A stretch of 63,118 bases of DNA, the filler included, from Octopus bimaculoides (lineage: Eukaryota), in the NCBI RefSeq assembly GCF_001194135.2. It is 5 parts of 5 records of this genome, joined end to end, with 100 filler letters (N's around TTAATTAATTAA, not from the genome) between each part and the next. Parts side by side here need not be neighbours in the genome. Positions count along the whole stretch, not along the records: positions 39,378 to 53,429 come from NC_068983.1; positions 53,530 to 61,147 come from NC_068981.1; positions 61,248 to 63,118 come from NC_068985.1; 2 more parts are not named here. The stretch is one strand, 5' to 3'. Below the pieces are notes generated by a model, which saw only the letters and a list, made by a program, of their open reading frames with translations, was not told where the DNA came from and made no database searches. Below are positions 51,143 through 63,118 of this stretch, one piece after another; position 1 is the stretch's first letter; every line of letters begins with the position of its first letter. The translations under genes were made by a program, and so were the position numbers.

Positions 51143-53181
51143 CGGCGAAAGAGATATTAAAAATATAAACAGAGTGCTAGATCTGCTTAAGATAAAAGTT
51201 GAATTATATTAAACTGTCTCTTAGCTAGAATCTGCTTCTTCATGAATGTCTGCATAGGGTGATGATAAGAGCAAATGTCACATAGAGAATTAACTTTTAT
51301 ATATGGAATGAAGTTGAGTGCATTATCATTTTCAGCAGATACACATGGAAAGAAATGTGAATAAATGTGAATAAATAAATAAATAAATAAAATGTTGAAA
51401 AGCATTAACAATGTATGTATATAATTATTTTAAAATTAAATTAAAACACATCGGTGTTGTATACTCTGTTGGTTATATAGTTGAAAATCCCAGCTTGAAA
51501 CGATATGTAATAATAATATATAATAATAATGTACGTGTTTTGTGGGTGTTCATTTTGCAGTTTTCGAGTTTACTCGGCAATAACAAGCAGACGTATATTC
51601 AGTAAGGTACCTCCTACAAATAGTTCTTTGCCTGTTGTTTAGCATATGCTAGCTCAGTAATTATGTAAACATGACATCCGTTAAAATTTCTTTTCGATAT
51701 GACTAGACTAATACAAAATCAAATACAAATCATTCAATTATTGCAAAACATTTGCTCATTAAATTTGGGTTTTTAACCAAACACTCTTAGATTTTTATCC
51801 GAGCAAACTAATTAAACTTTAATACAAATGTTAAGTTAATGAGTAAATTATTTTGAAATAAGTTTTCCAGAAAATCTGAGATAACTGCATTTGAATATTA
51901 AGCTATCTACGGGTTCCTTACAATTGAAGCTATACCAATTATGCAGTGCTGTAAGAGTTTAACATGCATTTTATTTTCTTTCACGATTTAGTCAGAAGAT
52001 AGGGCAACACCCATGCCATTTTTTAATGTTTACAAAACTGGCAGGATGAAAGGATATAATATTTGCTAAAGGAAACTAAACACCAAATAGCGGTGCACAT
52101 CTAGGCGATACATTAAGTTAACCATCTAAGAAGAAATCGATCCCTTCAATGAACTTCCCATAAAGTTTCTGTCCACCAAATTTCACTCATATGACTTTGG
52201 ACATCTCCAGGATATGGTAGAAGATACAAGCCGAAGGTGATGTTGAGTGGAATTGTGACCGAAAATACATTGTTGCGAAGCAAGCTCAACCACGCATTCA
52301 TGTCAGAAAAGAGGTACAATAGAGCATTTGAGTGAACGTTGAACCCTCAATACAATTGCTTGACATGCTAGAAATAGCTATCAATTATCCTTCAAACCAC
52401 ACTCTACCGTCTTAATAGGAGAAAGGATGTATTGCCTAAATTGTTCTTAGGTGTACTATGTCTAAGTAAAAGAAATGATAGTCACGACAGAAACGCTCTT
52501 GATTACATACCTGCTCTGTCGGAACTGATCAAAGGCAAAACAACAACTACAACAAGAGCAAAACAGCTATGAGAGATTGCAAGCTCACAAATTTCAAAGA
52601 AAAGCCAATACATTATCTACGGTGATATTATTACAAGCAATATCTCTACGGTTATGAACTAATAATATAGATTTCAACCCCCTATAAAAAAGAGGATATG
52701 TCACGAAATGCATAACACATTCTTTACGTTTCCATTGTTCAAACTGTTAGAACTCCTTCAGTTTATGTACATTTCAATAATGGCCACGAAACGGCCATAA
52801 ATGGCTGTAAGATCTCAAAATAGAAATAATTCCCGATTTTCAACTTACAAAAGGTTAAACCGAAGAATTTCTGCAATAAACGAATAAAGGCAGCTGTGAC
52901 ATTTTATTTCACCTTATTCTAATCTTTAACCATCAAATTTCTCATGTGTCAGATCTAAAGCAAATCCAATTTCGATTAAATCTTCCGTAAATAATCGACA
53001 TTCCAAATGCAATTCATATAAAGAATAGTAACACCATTCATCCTGTATAAAGTGATAAAATATAGTTGACTACCATAAAGTTAGCTACACAAAGACAATT
53101 TTAGTATATTATTTCTGTAAATATATTTCTACTTACTAACACTACACTAGAACACACACGTATGAATACTATGTATGTATG

Positions 53182-53254
<73 letters not shown>

Positions 53255-53429
53255 GCACTGGCAACGATCTCGCTCGAATGTCTTTTCACGTGCCACTGGC
53301 ACAAGTGCCAGGAAGGCGACGTTGGTAACGATCACGCTGGTGCTATTTACGTGCCACTGGCACGGAAGTCAGACAGCTGCTCTGGCAACGCTCGTCTCCT
53401 TAGCCGAACTGCAGTCGTGGATTAAACAG

Positions 53430-53529
53430 NNNNNNNNNNNNNNNNNNNNNNNNNNNNNNNNNNNNNNNNNNNNTTAATTAATTAANNNNNNNNNNNNNNN
53501 NNNNNNNNNNNNNNNNNNNNNNNNNNNNN
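53430..53529. other. Artificial scaffold-concatenation spacer
   Basis: N44-TTAATTAATTAA-N44. Confidence 0.9.
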
Positions 53530-53880
53530 ATTTATGTTCCTCCTTGTAACGGTACAATTTGATAGCTCTGGAAACTCCTCTTCAGAAGAATCCGAAACTT
53601 CTCCCAACAATAAATTTTCTATATTTTTTCCTCCGGTTGACTCCTCTTCGCCAGACGAAGATACATTATTCGGCATCATGCCAGCAATTACTGTTTTTCC
53701 CCCATAGGGGAAACACACGATAGTTTTCAAACGAAGACTATCACACAATAGTTATGACAAGAACACACAAAAACAGTTAATGGAAACTTGCACTTATTAT
53801 ACAGACGCACTCAAATAACTAGTAACAATCCAATCTCACGGAGTCGCTACACCGCTAAGCACCTCAACCGGTGTCACACA
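53530..53880 (-). mobile_element. 5' end (UTR + start of ORF1) of a probable Tx1/L1-type LINE, cut by spacer
   Basis: Acidic N-terminal ORF MMPNNVSSSGEEEST...EEEFPELS...TRRNI; 5' motif GCGGTGTAGCGACTCCGTGAG resembles GTGGTGTGTACTCTCTCGAG at ~44337. Confidence 0.5.
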
Positions 53881-54308
53881 GACGAAATACCTCTAAGCAT
53901 TTCGCCCGGCGTGCTAACGTTTCTGCCAGCTCGCCGCCTTTAAATAGTTATAAGTAGTTATATTGTTGCATTTATATGTTGATCGTTTATTATACTGATA
54001 TATGTGTGTGTTTCTGTACAATATATATGAATATGTATGTATATCAATGATCAATGCATTATAATATTTGCTGATGAGAGCACTGTAGAGAAAAAGTAAG
54101 GGTGAGGATAATGTCGATGTCCTGAGATTCAGTCCCAGCCCATGTGTTTGGCAGACATCAGTTTATTGATGTTCAAACTAAACGTCAACTGTATCAATCT
54201 GTACAATCTTGGAGGATCTGTGAAGATGGCTCCCCTGACAAAACCATTAGTAAGTCATCACATTGTCCCACTTTTGCTCACTCCTAATTATTTTTGTTCT
54301 CTTTTCAG

Positions 54309-54440
54309 GTGCCTTCTTGATTCCATATTTTCTATGTGTAATTATTGGTGGCGTGCCGTTGTTTTTCTTGGAAGTGGCTGTTGGTCAGTTTACTGGAACA
54401 ACTGGGCTCAAGGCTTGGCGTCTGTGTCCAATTCTACAAG
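54309..54440 (+). CDS. SLC6 exon (TM2: GAFLIPY...LE...GQF)
   Basis: tttcag acceptor, gtatat donor, 132 bp. Confidence 0.94.
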
Positions 54441-57400
54441 GTATATATTTCATGTTGTTTCTGTTTTAAGCTGGAGAAATAACTAAACAAATCAATAAAG
54501 TATCAGACGGTCAACTGAACAATATTTCGTATTGGCTGGTTCGTGACAAAAACATTTAACTCTCAACAAGATAGGTTAGTCCAACGGTCCTCAAAAAGAA
54601 AGAAAGAAAGAAAGAAAGAAAGAAAAAGCATTCTTAAAAGACATCTATTCACAGTTTCAAAATGGGATTAATTCGAGAAATATATCAAAATATATTCACT
54701 TTAAAAATTCATAAATGCACTATAGGGATAAGCAATAATGACGAACACGAGTTCCATCTATTTACTGTTAACAACCTTAACTAAAGAAGACAACTGGGAA
54801 TGTAAACAGATTCATGGAATATTGCAGTCTTTTAAATACTTCCATTATTGAATAATTTTCTTTCTACAAATGTACGCGTTAGTGGCGATGAATAGCTTTG
54901 GAATCACGTGAAACAACGTGAAGTTGAGTAATACATAACATTTTCTCCAAATAAGGTTCATGCAATGTCAATTTTTTTAATTGTCTCCTGGTGATGTATT
55001 TGACAGTATTTCGACCCATATTTCCAAGTATTTCAAAATTTGGGATTTTGGTCTTTCGGGATTGTGTCGTTCGCAGTATAGTTATATAAGTAGTCTTAAG
55101 ATGGTTCGATCTAGCAAATCCCTTTTCTTTGCAATAATTCATATCTGAGGCAAGTAAAAAAAAAAAGGCAATAATAATATATGTACAGTAACGTTTTAAA
55201 TTCTAATTGTACCACAATTAAATTCGAACTTCTTTCAACTGAGGTTGATAAATTATGTATCAGTTACTCTGTTAAATAATTGGTAATGCAGTCACCAGAG
55301 TAGCTGTCGTTCTTTCATACTGTAGCTGGATGATACAATTGGTAGAGCGTCGGGGGAAATCTTGTGCTATTATATCCATTTGCATTTTGAGTTCAAATCC
55401 CATCCAAGTTCACTTTGCTATTCATTCTTCCATCGTTGATAAAATAAATATTAATCAATAAAATAAGAAAAGGATACGGCTAAGCAATTAAACTCAAGAA
55501 GGCCATTTCTACACATGGTCAAACAGAGACAGAATGACGTTGTACATAATTCTTTCCCAGTATAACTGAGACGTTGTTTTACCGCAATAGTATTACTATA
55601 ATAGTATTATTGTAATAATGTCTATAAGTGTTACTATAATAGTAACAAATGACGAAGCTGATTGGCTTCTTCGATTAAAGCCATTACATTTCACTTTCAA
55701 CTCTAATCTTTGTGGGGAAAGCTATGAATGTCATAACATGCTATTTTGCTTTTATTCTTCTTACTTTTGATTTTGTTCAATTTTTACAGGTATCGGTCTG
55801 ACATCATTTGTGATCGTGGTCTTCCTGAATATTTACTACAATGTTATATTATGTTGGTCTTTCCGATATATGTTTGCTTCGTTTACGACGGGTACACTAC
55901 CTTGGGCGAAATGTGGCCAGGAGTGGAATACTTGCGCCTGTCGTTCAATATCTGATGGCTACGCAGCACCAAACGATACACTTTGCAACATCACTATAGA
56001 TGGAAACTTCACCAGTGGAAAGACATTTGATTCCGTCACAGAATACTGGGAGTAAGTATCTTGTTTAATGTTGTTTGTTGGTGGCAGAAGAAACAGAATT
56101 TATTGTAACGTCGATAGGATTAAAATATTCTCTTTTCACACAAGTAATTCGGGCGTCTGTTTAACAAAGTTTCCATTTAGTGTACCCTATCTCAAACACC
56201 TCGTTCCAAAATGAATGATGATATCAAATAAAGCTGTTCTCAGCTATCAAATAGATAATTTCTTTCTTCTGTTACTGGCAATAAATTAGCAAACATTTTG
56301 CCTTCCCTAAACCTATGCATATCTGCTAGATCACCAAGATATTTGATCATAAAGAAATCAGTTATGATACTGCATTTGAAATGATTAGAGAACAAAAAGA
56401 GAATTATTAAACTCTGTAGAGACTGCAAAATCGATGTTTCAACTTCTAGTGGCTCATTTTTTTGTAAAATAGGTTTCCTCACATGATGCATATGATGAAG
56501 ATGATATGAAGTGTATGTGTGTATCTTTGTACATATCTGGAGAGAGGGGGAGGAATATATATAAAAAGAGACAGAGGGAAAATCGAAATCGATAGATGTA
56601 TGTTGTCTAAAGGGGCATGTGATAAATTGACTGTTCCTTATGATTCATAAGGTTGATTGAGGATCGAAAGAGGAATTGGTTGGATTTATAAGTAGACTAT
56701 GAAAGATGAAATTATGGGAAAAGTTTCGAGAAAAGAGGTTAAATTCTGTTCACAGCTTCAGAGAATAATAGAAAAACTCGACAAATTTCTGTATAAGAAA
56801 ATCATTAGAAATATTTTAACGTATTTCAGGTAGAAATTTGTGTCATTGCATTATATTTTTGTTTCGAAGCTATATCTTTTGCTAATATGGAGTAAAAAAT
56901 CAAAGAGAAAGAAGATAAGTATAAACAATTTCTTCAAAACCTTCAGCTTATATATCCAGATTTTAAATTTACATTTATACAAATAATAATTGGTATACTT
57001 GGTTTTAATAGTAAATACTTAAGTGACAATCTGGAAAAGCTTGAAACCCTCTACACACATATACACAAAAAATCAACCTATTAACATACATATTACTATT
57101 AGAATCTGTAAGCGGAACAGTTAAAATAGGCAAGACTTTTCTTGACTTCAATCTGTGACATTGTTTTAGTCCATTCGAATGAGGGGGGCTTTGTATCTTT
57201 GTTAAAATCTAGCTCCTTCCTTGCAGGAAGAACTCAAATGATTAAAAAAGGAGAAAAATGCATACCGCATTTGCTGGCGTAATGCCCTCTCGCGTTAGAC
57301 GATCCTTATTTTGCAAGTACATATAAAGAAAAACAAAATTAGTATGTTTCTCAATACCCTAATTGAAAGATATTTCAAAGTGGTTTTGTAGGGAGAAAGT

Positions 57401-58223
57401 GTATGATTCTGCGCATGTTAATACAACACTGTGACACTATACTAGAATATAAATTTATCAAAAGTGAACTACGTTTTGAAAGTACTGTACTCAACTTAAT
57501 TTTCTTTCTGAACAACTCTATAGTTGTTCATTTTTTGCTCACGAGGATTGCCATGCAGAATGTGAAACTCATTTATCTTGTGATATTTTGTGTTACCGCG
57601 ATCGGCCACCAGTGTGGTGCACTGCCGTTATGGTTTTGTTGCCCTTCACTCATTATAAATAGATGCTAGGTGGAGAAACATTAACATTTATTTTCTCTTT
57701 CTAGAAGAATTTTTTATTATGATAATATAATAAACAAACGTTTCTTAAGGGTAACACAATCATTAAATAACATAAGGCTGAGCAAGGTGGTACAATGAGA
57801 TATGACCTCCCCATGTAATTGCCGATGTAATGTAAGCAATCTTTCATACTTTTGTGCTACCAGACTGTGATAATTTGGCTTGTTTTCAATATTTTATTAT
57901 TAGTAACAATTACTGTGCTTAACGGACTTATCATCATCATGCTCCTTTGCCTATCTCATCCGTAATACGGCGGCATTAGACATAGGGCAATTTTTTTATA
58001 TATTTAAAAAGAATGCGTATTAAACATCGGTACATACATACATACATACTCGCATACATGCATACATACAAGTCTTGTCTACTTGTTAGCATCTATGAGA
58101 AATTATACATGCATACATATACGCATTTTTACTCAGCAGAAAGTCACAAAAGTGGTTCGAGAGCAGTGAGTTTCATGCACGAAACTCTCGACCGTATAAA
58201 GACACACACCACTCACACACGTA

Positions 58224-58305
<82 letters not shown>

Positions 58306-58477
58306 GTATATATATAAGAAAGCTCTCTTTTCTTTTTATTTCAGGCGTGAAGTACTTAAAATATCTGAAGGATTGCACGATATGGGTATATTGAAGTGGG
58401 ATTTGGTTCTCTGCTTACTATTTGCCTGGATCGTCGTCTACATCTGCATTTGCAAGGGGATCAAATCTTCGGGAAAG
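54309..58477 (+). CDS. SLC6 sodium/chloride-dependent transporter, GABA/taurine/creatine branch, internal exons: join(54309-54440,55790-56051,58345-58477)
   Basis: In-frame splicing gives GAFLIPYFLCVIIGGVPLFFLEVAVGQF...LCPILQG-IGLTSFVIVVFLNIYYNVILCW...LPWAKCGQEWNT...[49 protein letters not shown]. This covers TM2 to TM5 of SLC6/SNF transporters. Flanking exons are not in this segment, and the exact orthologue cannot be assigned by eye. Confidence 0.94.
55790..56051 (+). CDS. SLC6 exon (TM3 + extracellular loop 2)
   Basis: ttacag acceptor, gtaagt donor, 262 bp; YYNVIL, LPW..C...WNT and EYW motifs. Confidence 0.94.
58345..58477 (+). CDS. SLC6 exon (TM4, KGIKSSGK)
   Basis: tttcag acceptor, gtaaaa donor, 133 bp. 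Confidence 0.94.
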
Positions 58478-58854
58478 GTAAAAACTTCGTTTATTTTGTA
58501 CAATTGTTATATTAATATTTCTGTATTTCAGCTTTGAGACATACGTCACATATTTATGTAAGAATAGCTTTATGTAACATATTTTGCTACATTATAACAA
58601 CTTATCTGGATATTATTATCTGTAATATGTATACAGAGTTTCGGTTTCAGGGAATGCGCTTATCATTAACTACAAATACCTCAAGTTATTATTATGCAAA
58701 TCGTTATTAACATGATTTAATAAAACTTCTTAAATGATCAGCGAGCATCAATCCGTAAAGCAGTTCGTCATCTCTACAATATTAGTTAAGCAATTAGTGC
58801 CAAGTTGTATCAGCAAATAGATGTCAAAGATACCAAAAGATATCAGCAAATATA

Positions 58855-59677
58855 CGAGGTGTATTCCAGAAGCTTTGAGACGTTTTAGGAAAGGCAGTTA
58901 TAACTGTCCTAGATTATTGTAATTTTAGTATATCATTAGCATACAGCTAATAAGTTGACCTGCCAAGTTTTGTTATTCCAGATTGAAGGAGATGGCTATG
59001 CTAGCAATTTGAACATATTCTACTAAATACTGCGTACCTCAACTAACTAGTTTTCAGAATACTGTCGGGAGGTGAAAACAATTTGGAAACTCGCTATGCA
59101 ATAAATTTTTGTGTTAAACTGGGCAAAAACGCTATAGAAACTTATGAGGAGCTCAAGAGTACTTATGGGTTAGCTTGCATTGGTCAAGCATCTATTTTTC
59201 ATTGGCACAAGAGGTCAGGCAAAGCAAGTCCACCGGGAAACTAATGATGAGCTTTTACGATAGCGATAGCAAGGACATCATCTACATCCACTGGATTCCC
59301 TCTAGCCAGGCAGTCAACAAAGTAATTTGTGGAGGTTATATGATGGAATTCAGAACGAAATTTCGTTGTAAAAGGCCAGAGCACTTGCACCAGAACAATG
59401 CACCAGTGCACAATTCCTTCCTGGTATCAACTCCTTGACAGAGATGGGCTTCAAAACTGTCCCTTCCGATCCCTACAGTCCAGGTTGTGCTCTCTGTGAC
59501 TTTCGTTTGTTCCCCAAGGTGAAGGAGAAGATGAAGGAGGTTGTGACAAGGCTTCCTGGACACCTTCACTTTGGAGGACTTTCATGGGATATTCACAAAG
59601 TAACTGTGTGTAACAAGAAATGCAGTCAAGTCAGAGGGTTCTCCTGAAAAAGTCTCAAAACCTCTGGGAAACACCTA
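58855..59677 (+). mobile_element. Mariner transposon remnant with both TIRs (third family), downstream of the last SLC6 exon seen
   Basis: RYAINFCVKLGKNAIETYE HTH, HQNNAPVH, PYSPGCALCDF.LFPK; TIRs GAGGTGTATTCCAGAAGCTTTGAGAC and TAGGTGTTTCCCAGAGGTTTTGAGAC, TA flanks. Confidence 0.85.
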
Positions 59678-59890
59678 TATATAAAATGCCAAGATATATC
59701 AACATTTGATCTCCCTCGAGCTAGTGAAACATAGATAATGGTTACATGGACAAGAACTTAAGCTCCTCGTCATTTTTTCTCCAATATTTTGTCATTTTTA
59801 GTCTTTGCAATGCTATTTTATGCTTAGGGCTTGAACTGTTTTTCTTATTTATATGCATGCATGCGTGCATGTGTGTAATGTGTTTCTGCG

Positions 59891-60114
59891 TTCGCATAAA
59901 CATAGTACAGTGACGGGAAGGACATGACATCTATGATGCTGGTAGCATGATAAATGCGCCAAGCACACTATGTAAAATGACTGATGATAGAGAAGTGCAT
60001 TCAGCTGTTGAAAACATGCATCAGTCATTTTACATATTGTACTTGACGCATTTATCATGCCACCAGCATCATAGACATCATGTCCTTCCTGTCTCTGTGC
60101 TATGTTAATGCGAA
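59891..60114. repeat. Long inverted repeat / hairpin (96-bp arms, 32-nt loop), possible MITE
   Basis: Arms 59891-59986 and 60019-60114 pair with 10 mismatches by manual alignment. Confidence 0.9.
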
Positions 60115-61147
60115 ATCACAAACACATTACACACAGAGAGGGAAATAATTCAAGCCTTTTAAATGTATATACAAACAGTATAAATAAATTAAAAAATTTA
60201 ATTATCAAACAGATGGTACATTTTTGTATTTCCTAAAATGACAACTTGACAACATTCCTGGACATATTTCATAATACATTGCATATTATTACAATTGAAA
60301 TCGCTGAAATAGTTATAGAAAACATTATCTGTTATGCTGTACTTACTCTATCCCAGCAGCCTCAGTTACTTCAGCCTCTGCATAGCGACTGGTTTAAATG
60401 TAATATATAATTTCCATTGTTACTATCAAATAGCTGATATATCTATAAAACTTGAAACATTTTAACATAATTCGGAGGTGTATTTTGCCAGTATCGGTAT
60501 CTACATTAAACCTCCACCAAGACGATTCCGCTGAAAATGATTGCCTGCTGTTTTGAAGATATATTTCATGCAATACTTCAATGAAATGAATAGTGTTTAT
60601 TTTCCATTTCATTTCTCAGCAGATACATTATTAAAGAACCGCATTCCATTTTCTCTCCCCCACCAGTATATATATAAAGAAGGCGGCGAGCTGACAGAAT
60701 CGTTTGCCTTTCATCCTTTTGGTGTCGATAAAATAAGTACAAGTCAAGCAATGGGGTTGATGTAATCGACTAGTCCTCTTCCCCAAAATTTCAGGCCTTG
60801 TGCCTATAGTAGAAAGGATTATTATTATTATTATTATTTTATGTTTGACTTTTGTTTTGCATTTGTACAAGTTGGATCCAAGTCTCACCCAGAGACCTCA
60901 AGAGACAACAAGTTAGAAGTTCATGTAGGTGTTATACCTAGGGTACCATATATTTGGATTTGTACAGTTTTGTTCAAGTGAATGTTTAAGAAACCATAAG
61001 AAAATTATGTGTTTGCTTTAAAATTTGAGATCACATAGACAGTATTTTACGTAGGATATTATTATTAGAAGGGCCCTAGACAAACTTAAGCTAAGAATTA
61101 AGGTTGTTGAAAGGCCAGGCAACCCTATCAAATCCCTTATCAGTAGA

Positions 61148-61247
61148 NNNNNNNNNNNNNNNNNNNNNNNNNNNNNNNNNNNNNNNNNNNNTTAATTAAT
61201 TAANNNNNNNNNNNNNNNNNNNNNNNNNNNNNNNNNNNNNNNNNNNN
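61148..61247. other. Artificial scaffold-concatenation spacer
   Basis: N44-TTAATTAATTAA-N44. Confidence 0.9.
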
Positions 61248-61267
61248 AATAATAATAATAATAATAA

Positions 61268-61817
61268 CTGCCCTGATGCAATACCAGACATTAGTTCTCA
61301 TGGCTTCTGATCTTAACTGATTGGAAGTGTTATCATGTACATTGTCTTATCATAGTATAAAAGATGGACTACAGCAAATATTCTGCTCAATACCACAGAT
61401 CTGCTTGTCAGTTGTTTGACCTTAACCAGTTGAGCATGTCCCTTAGTGGCTGAAGATATGTGCGTCTCTGATCACAAGCAGAAGTTGTGGGATAGCATCA
61501 TAGCAATGTGTGGAGAGGAATGCTTTGGAGTTTGAATAATTCACATTTGGAAACATGAGTGATTCATTCATCATCCTTAAACAACCCTTATTCAGAGATC
61601 TTTTGAGTGGGATGGGCGACCTGAAGAAGATTCTAACTGGACCCCACCTGCAAGGTCATGCGCTGTTTATCTTGGTATGAGATCACCATGTCGCACACAT
61701 ATGGTTGTGATGCATGTGCCTGGTTTACCCTTATCAGACAAGTAGTCATGAGGGGTATATTGGGCTTATATCTGTGCCCCAGTGTCACTCTGATGGCATG
61801 CGCTGCTCTCTCCATCA
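61268..61817. mobile_element. Unclassified interspersed repeat bracketed by (AAT)n
   Basis: GC-balanced block between two AAT tracts; no ORF; classification not possible by eye. Confidence 0.45.
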
Positions 61818-61831
61818 ATAATAATAATAAC

Positions 61832-61882
<51 letters not shown>

Positions 61883-61900
61883 TATAATAATAATAATAAT
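61818..61900. repeat. (AAT)n microsatellite
   Basis: Direct reading. Confidence 0.9.
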
Positions 61901-62320
61901 ATGGTATGAAAGAAATGGTATGCACATGTGCTGAACAAAGTACATGACAACGACTAAGCCGCAATCATCTGGGATATGCCTGTTCAAACTGACAAAGACA
62001 TAAAAGCTAGTCTCTGAAACATAATAATCAGTGATTGGACAGAAAATACCTGCTTACAGATAGATATTGCAGTCTCTTCTGACCGAAAACTTGCCGCAAA
62101 GGTAGTGGAGAAATTGTCAAAGTACGAAGATCTCGAAACTGAAGTATTCAAGATGTGAGGCATGAAGGTGAGAACAATACCAGTAATAATTGAAGCATTG
62201 GGTATGATAAAAAAGAACGCAAGAATATAAATATAGAAGCTATACGTGGACCCTCAACACTAAACACGCTAGGAACAGCCCATATCCAACGCAAGACTAT
62301 CAATTCAATATTACAACCTA
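61900..62320 (+). mobile_element. 5'-truncated R4/Dong-like LINE, RLE domain, directly after (AAT)n
   Basis: IIWDMPVQTDK.I....CLQIDIAVSSD...EKLSKYEDLE.EV.KM.G....IPVIIEALG. Confidence 0.8.
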
Positions 62321-62381
62321 AATAAATCAATCTACAAACGTAAAAAACAAGACACGCTATACAGTAAGTATCCTACAAAAT

Positions 62382-62560
62382 ATGAGTGGCGCTGAAAAGT
62401 TCCTGGCTTTGGGTAAGACGAATTACAGGAGGATCAGTTAGTTTTAATTTTATTAAACATATTCCTCTCTCAGATTCAAACACTTATTGCAGAGGTCCTT
62501 CAGTTTTTCTAACTCCTGTAAAAACAAAAAGTTGGAAAGATGGGTCTCCAGTCAGATTTC
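62382..62560. mobile_element. Possible mariner-type terminal fragment
   Basis: TATGAGTGGCGCTGAAAAGTTCCTGGC resembles mariner TIRs; no transposase recognised. Confidence 0.35.
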
Positions 62561-62589
62561 TGTAGCGGCGTGTGTGTAAGGACGTGTAT

Positions 62590-62630
<41 letters not shown>

Positions 62631-62808
62631 CGTGCGTGTGCGTGTGTGTGTGTTTGTGAATTTCTGCGTCTGTGTGCGTGGCTACATGAGTATGTATGTG
62701 TATAGCATGCGTTCAGAGAGTTGGCGTGAGTAATGCAAGTGATTTTTCATTGGAATTACCTCGCGTATTTTCCCTGCGATTACTGACTCACATATGTAAC
62801 AGGCGTAC

Positions 62809-62847
<39 letters not shown>

Positions 62848-63118
62848 GCACACATTGCGAACACACATACACACATCTGCAAATACGTACATCAACAGAC
62901 ATGCGCATAAAGACACGAGCTCATGCACATACACACGCACACCTATTTTAAAACCATGTGACTCAGGAGAAAGTGAAATTTGACCAGTGGCCATCGTGAA
63001 GAAGAGTGAAGGCTTTAGCAGCCATTCACGAAAGGATTTCTAATTTATGATGATGCTTGGTGCCTCCCGGAGGATTTCTTATTGTCTGAGATGAATGTAT
63101 GTTGGGAAATATGATAAC

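Noticed and set aside
58478-61147. Search for the next SLC6 exon (VVYFTATFPY-like)
   Set aside because: No matching AG/GT-bounded exon was seen before the spacer.

Overview
AT-rich, microsatellite- and retroposon-dense eukaryotic genomic DNA. The SINE/LINE repertoire points to a coleoid cephalopod (octopus-like) draft assembly; this is an inference. The window is not contiguous. Four identical 100-bp spacers (44 N + TTAATTAATTAA + 44 N, a six-frame stop linker) join five segments that are probably unrelated: 1-16872, 16973-39277, 39378-53429, 53530-61147 and 61248-63118. Three spliced protein-coding genes are supported, all partial. (i) V-ATPase subunit E, last six coding exons, + strand, 1281-7527. 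(ii) S-adenosylmethionine decarboxylase (AMD1), last four coding exons, - strand, 12120-16152, convergent with (i) and cut off by a spacer. (iii) An SLC6 Na+/Cl--dependent transporter of the GABA/taurine/creatine branch, three internal exons, + strand, 54309-58477. The rest is mostly mobile-element remnants: several tRNA-derived SINE families, RTE, R4/Dong, Tx1/L1, CR1 and Penelope retroelements, a Gypsy gag fragment, Tigger/pogo, three mariners and a hAT fragment. The most interesting structures are a candidate ORF1-only ('half-L1'-like) Tx1 derivative, a 2.5-kb Penelope palindrome with complementary deletions, an internally deleted Dong element, and a 96-bp-arm hairpin downstream of the SLC6 exons. 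No tRNA, rRNA or CRISPR features are supported.
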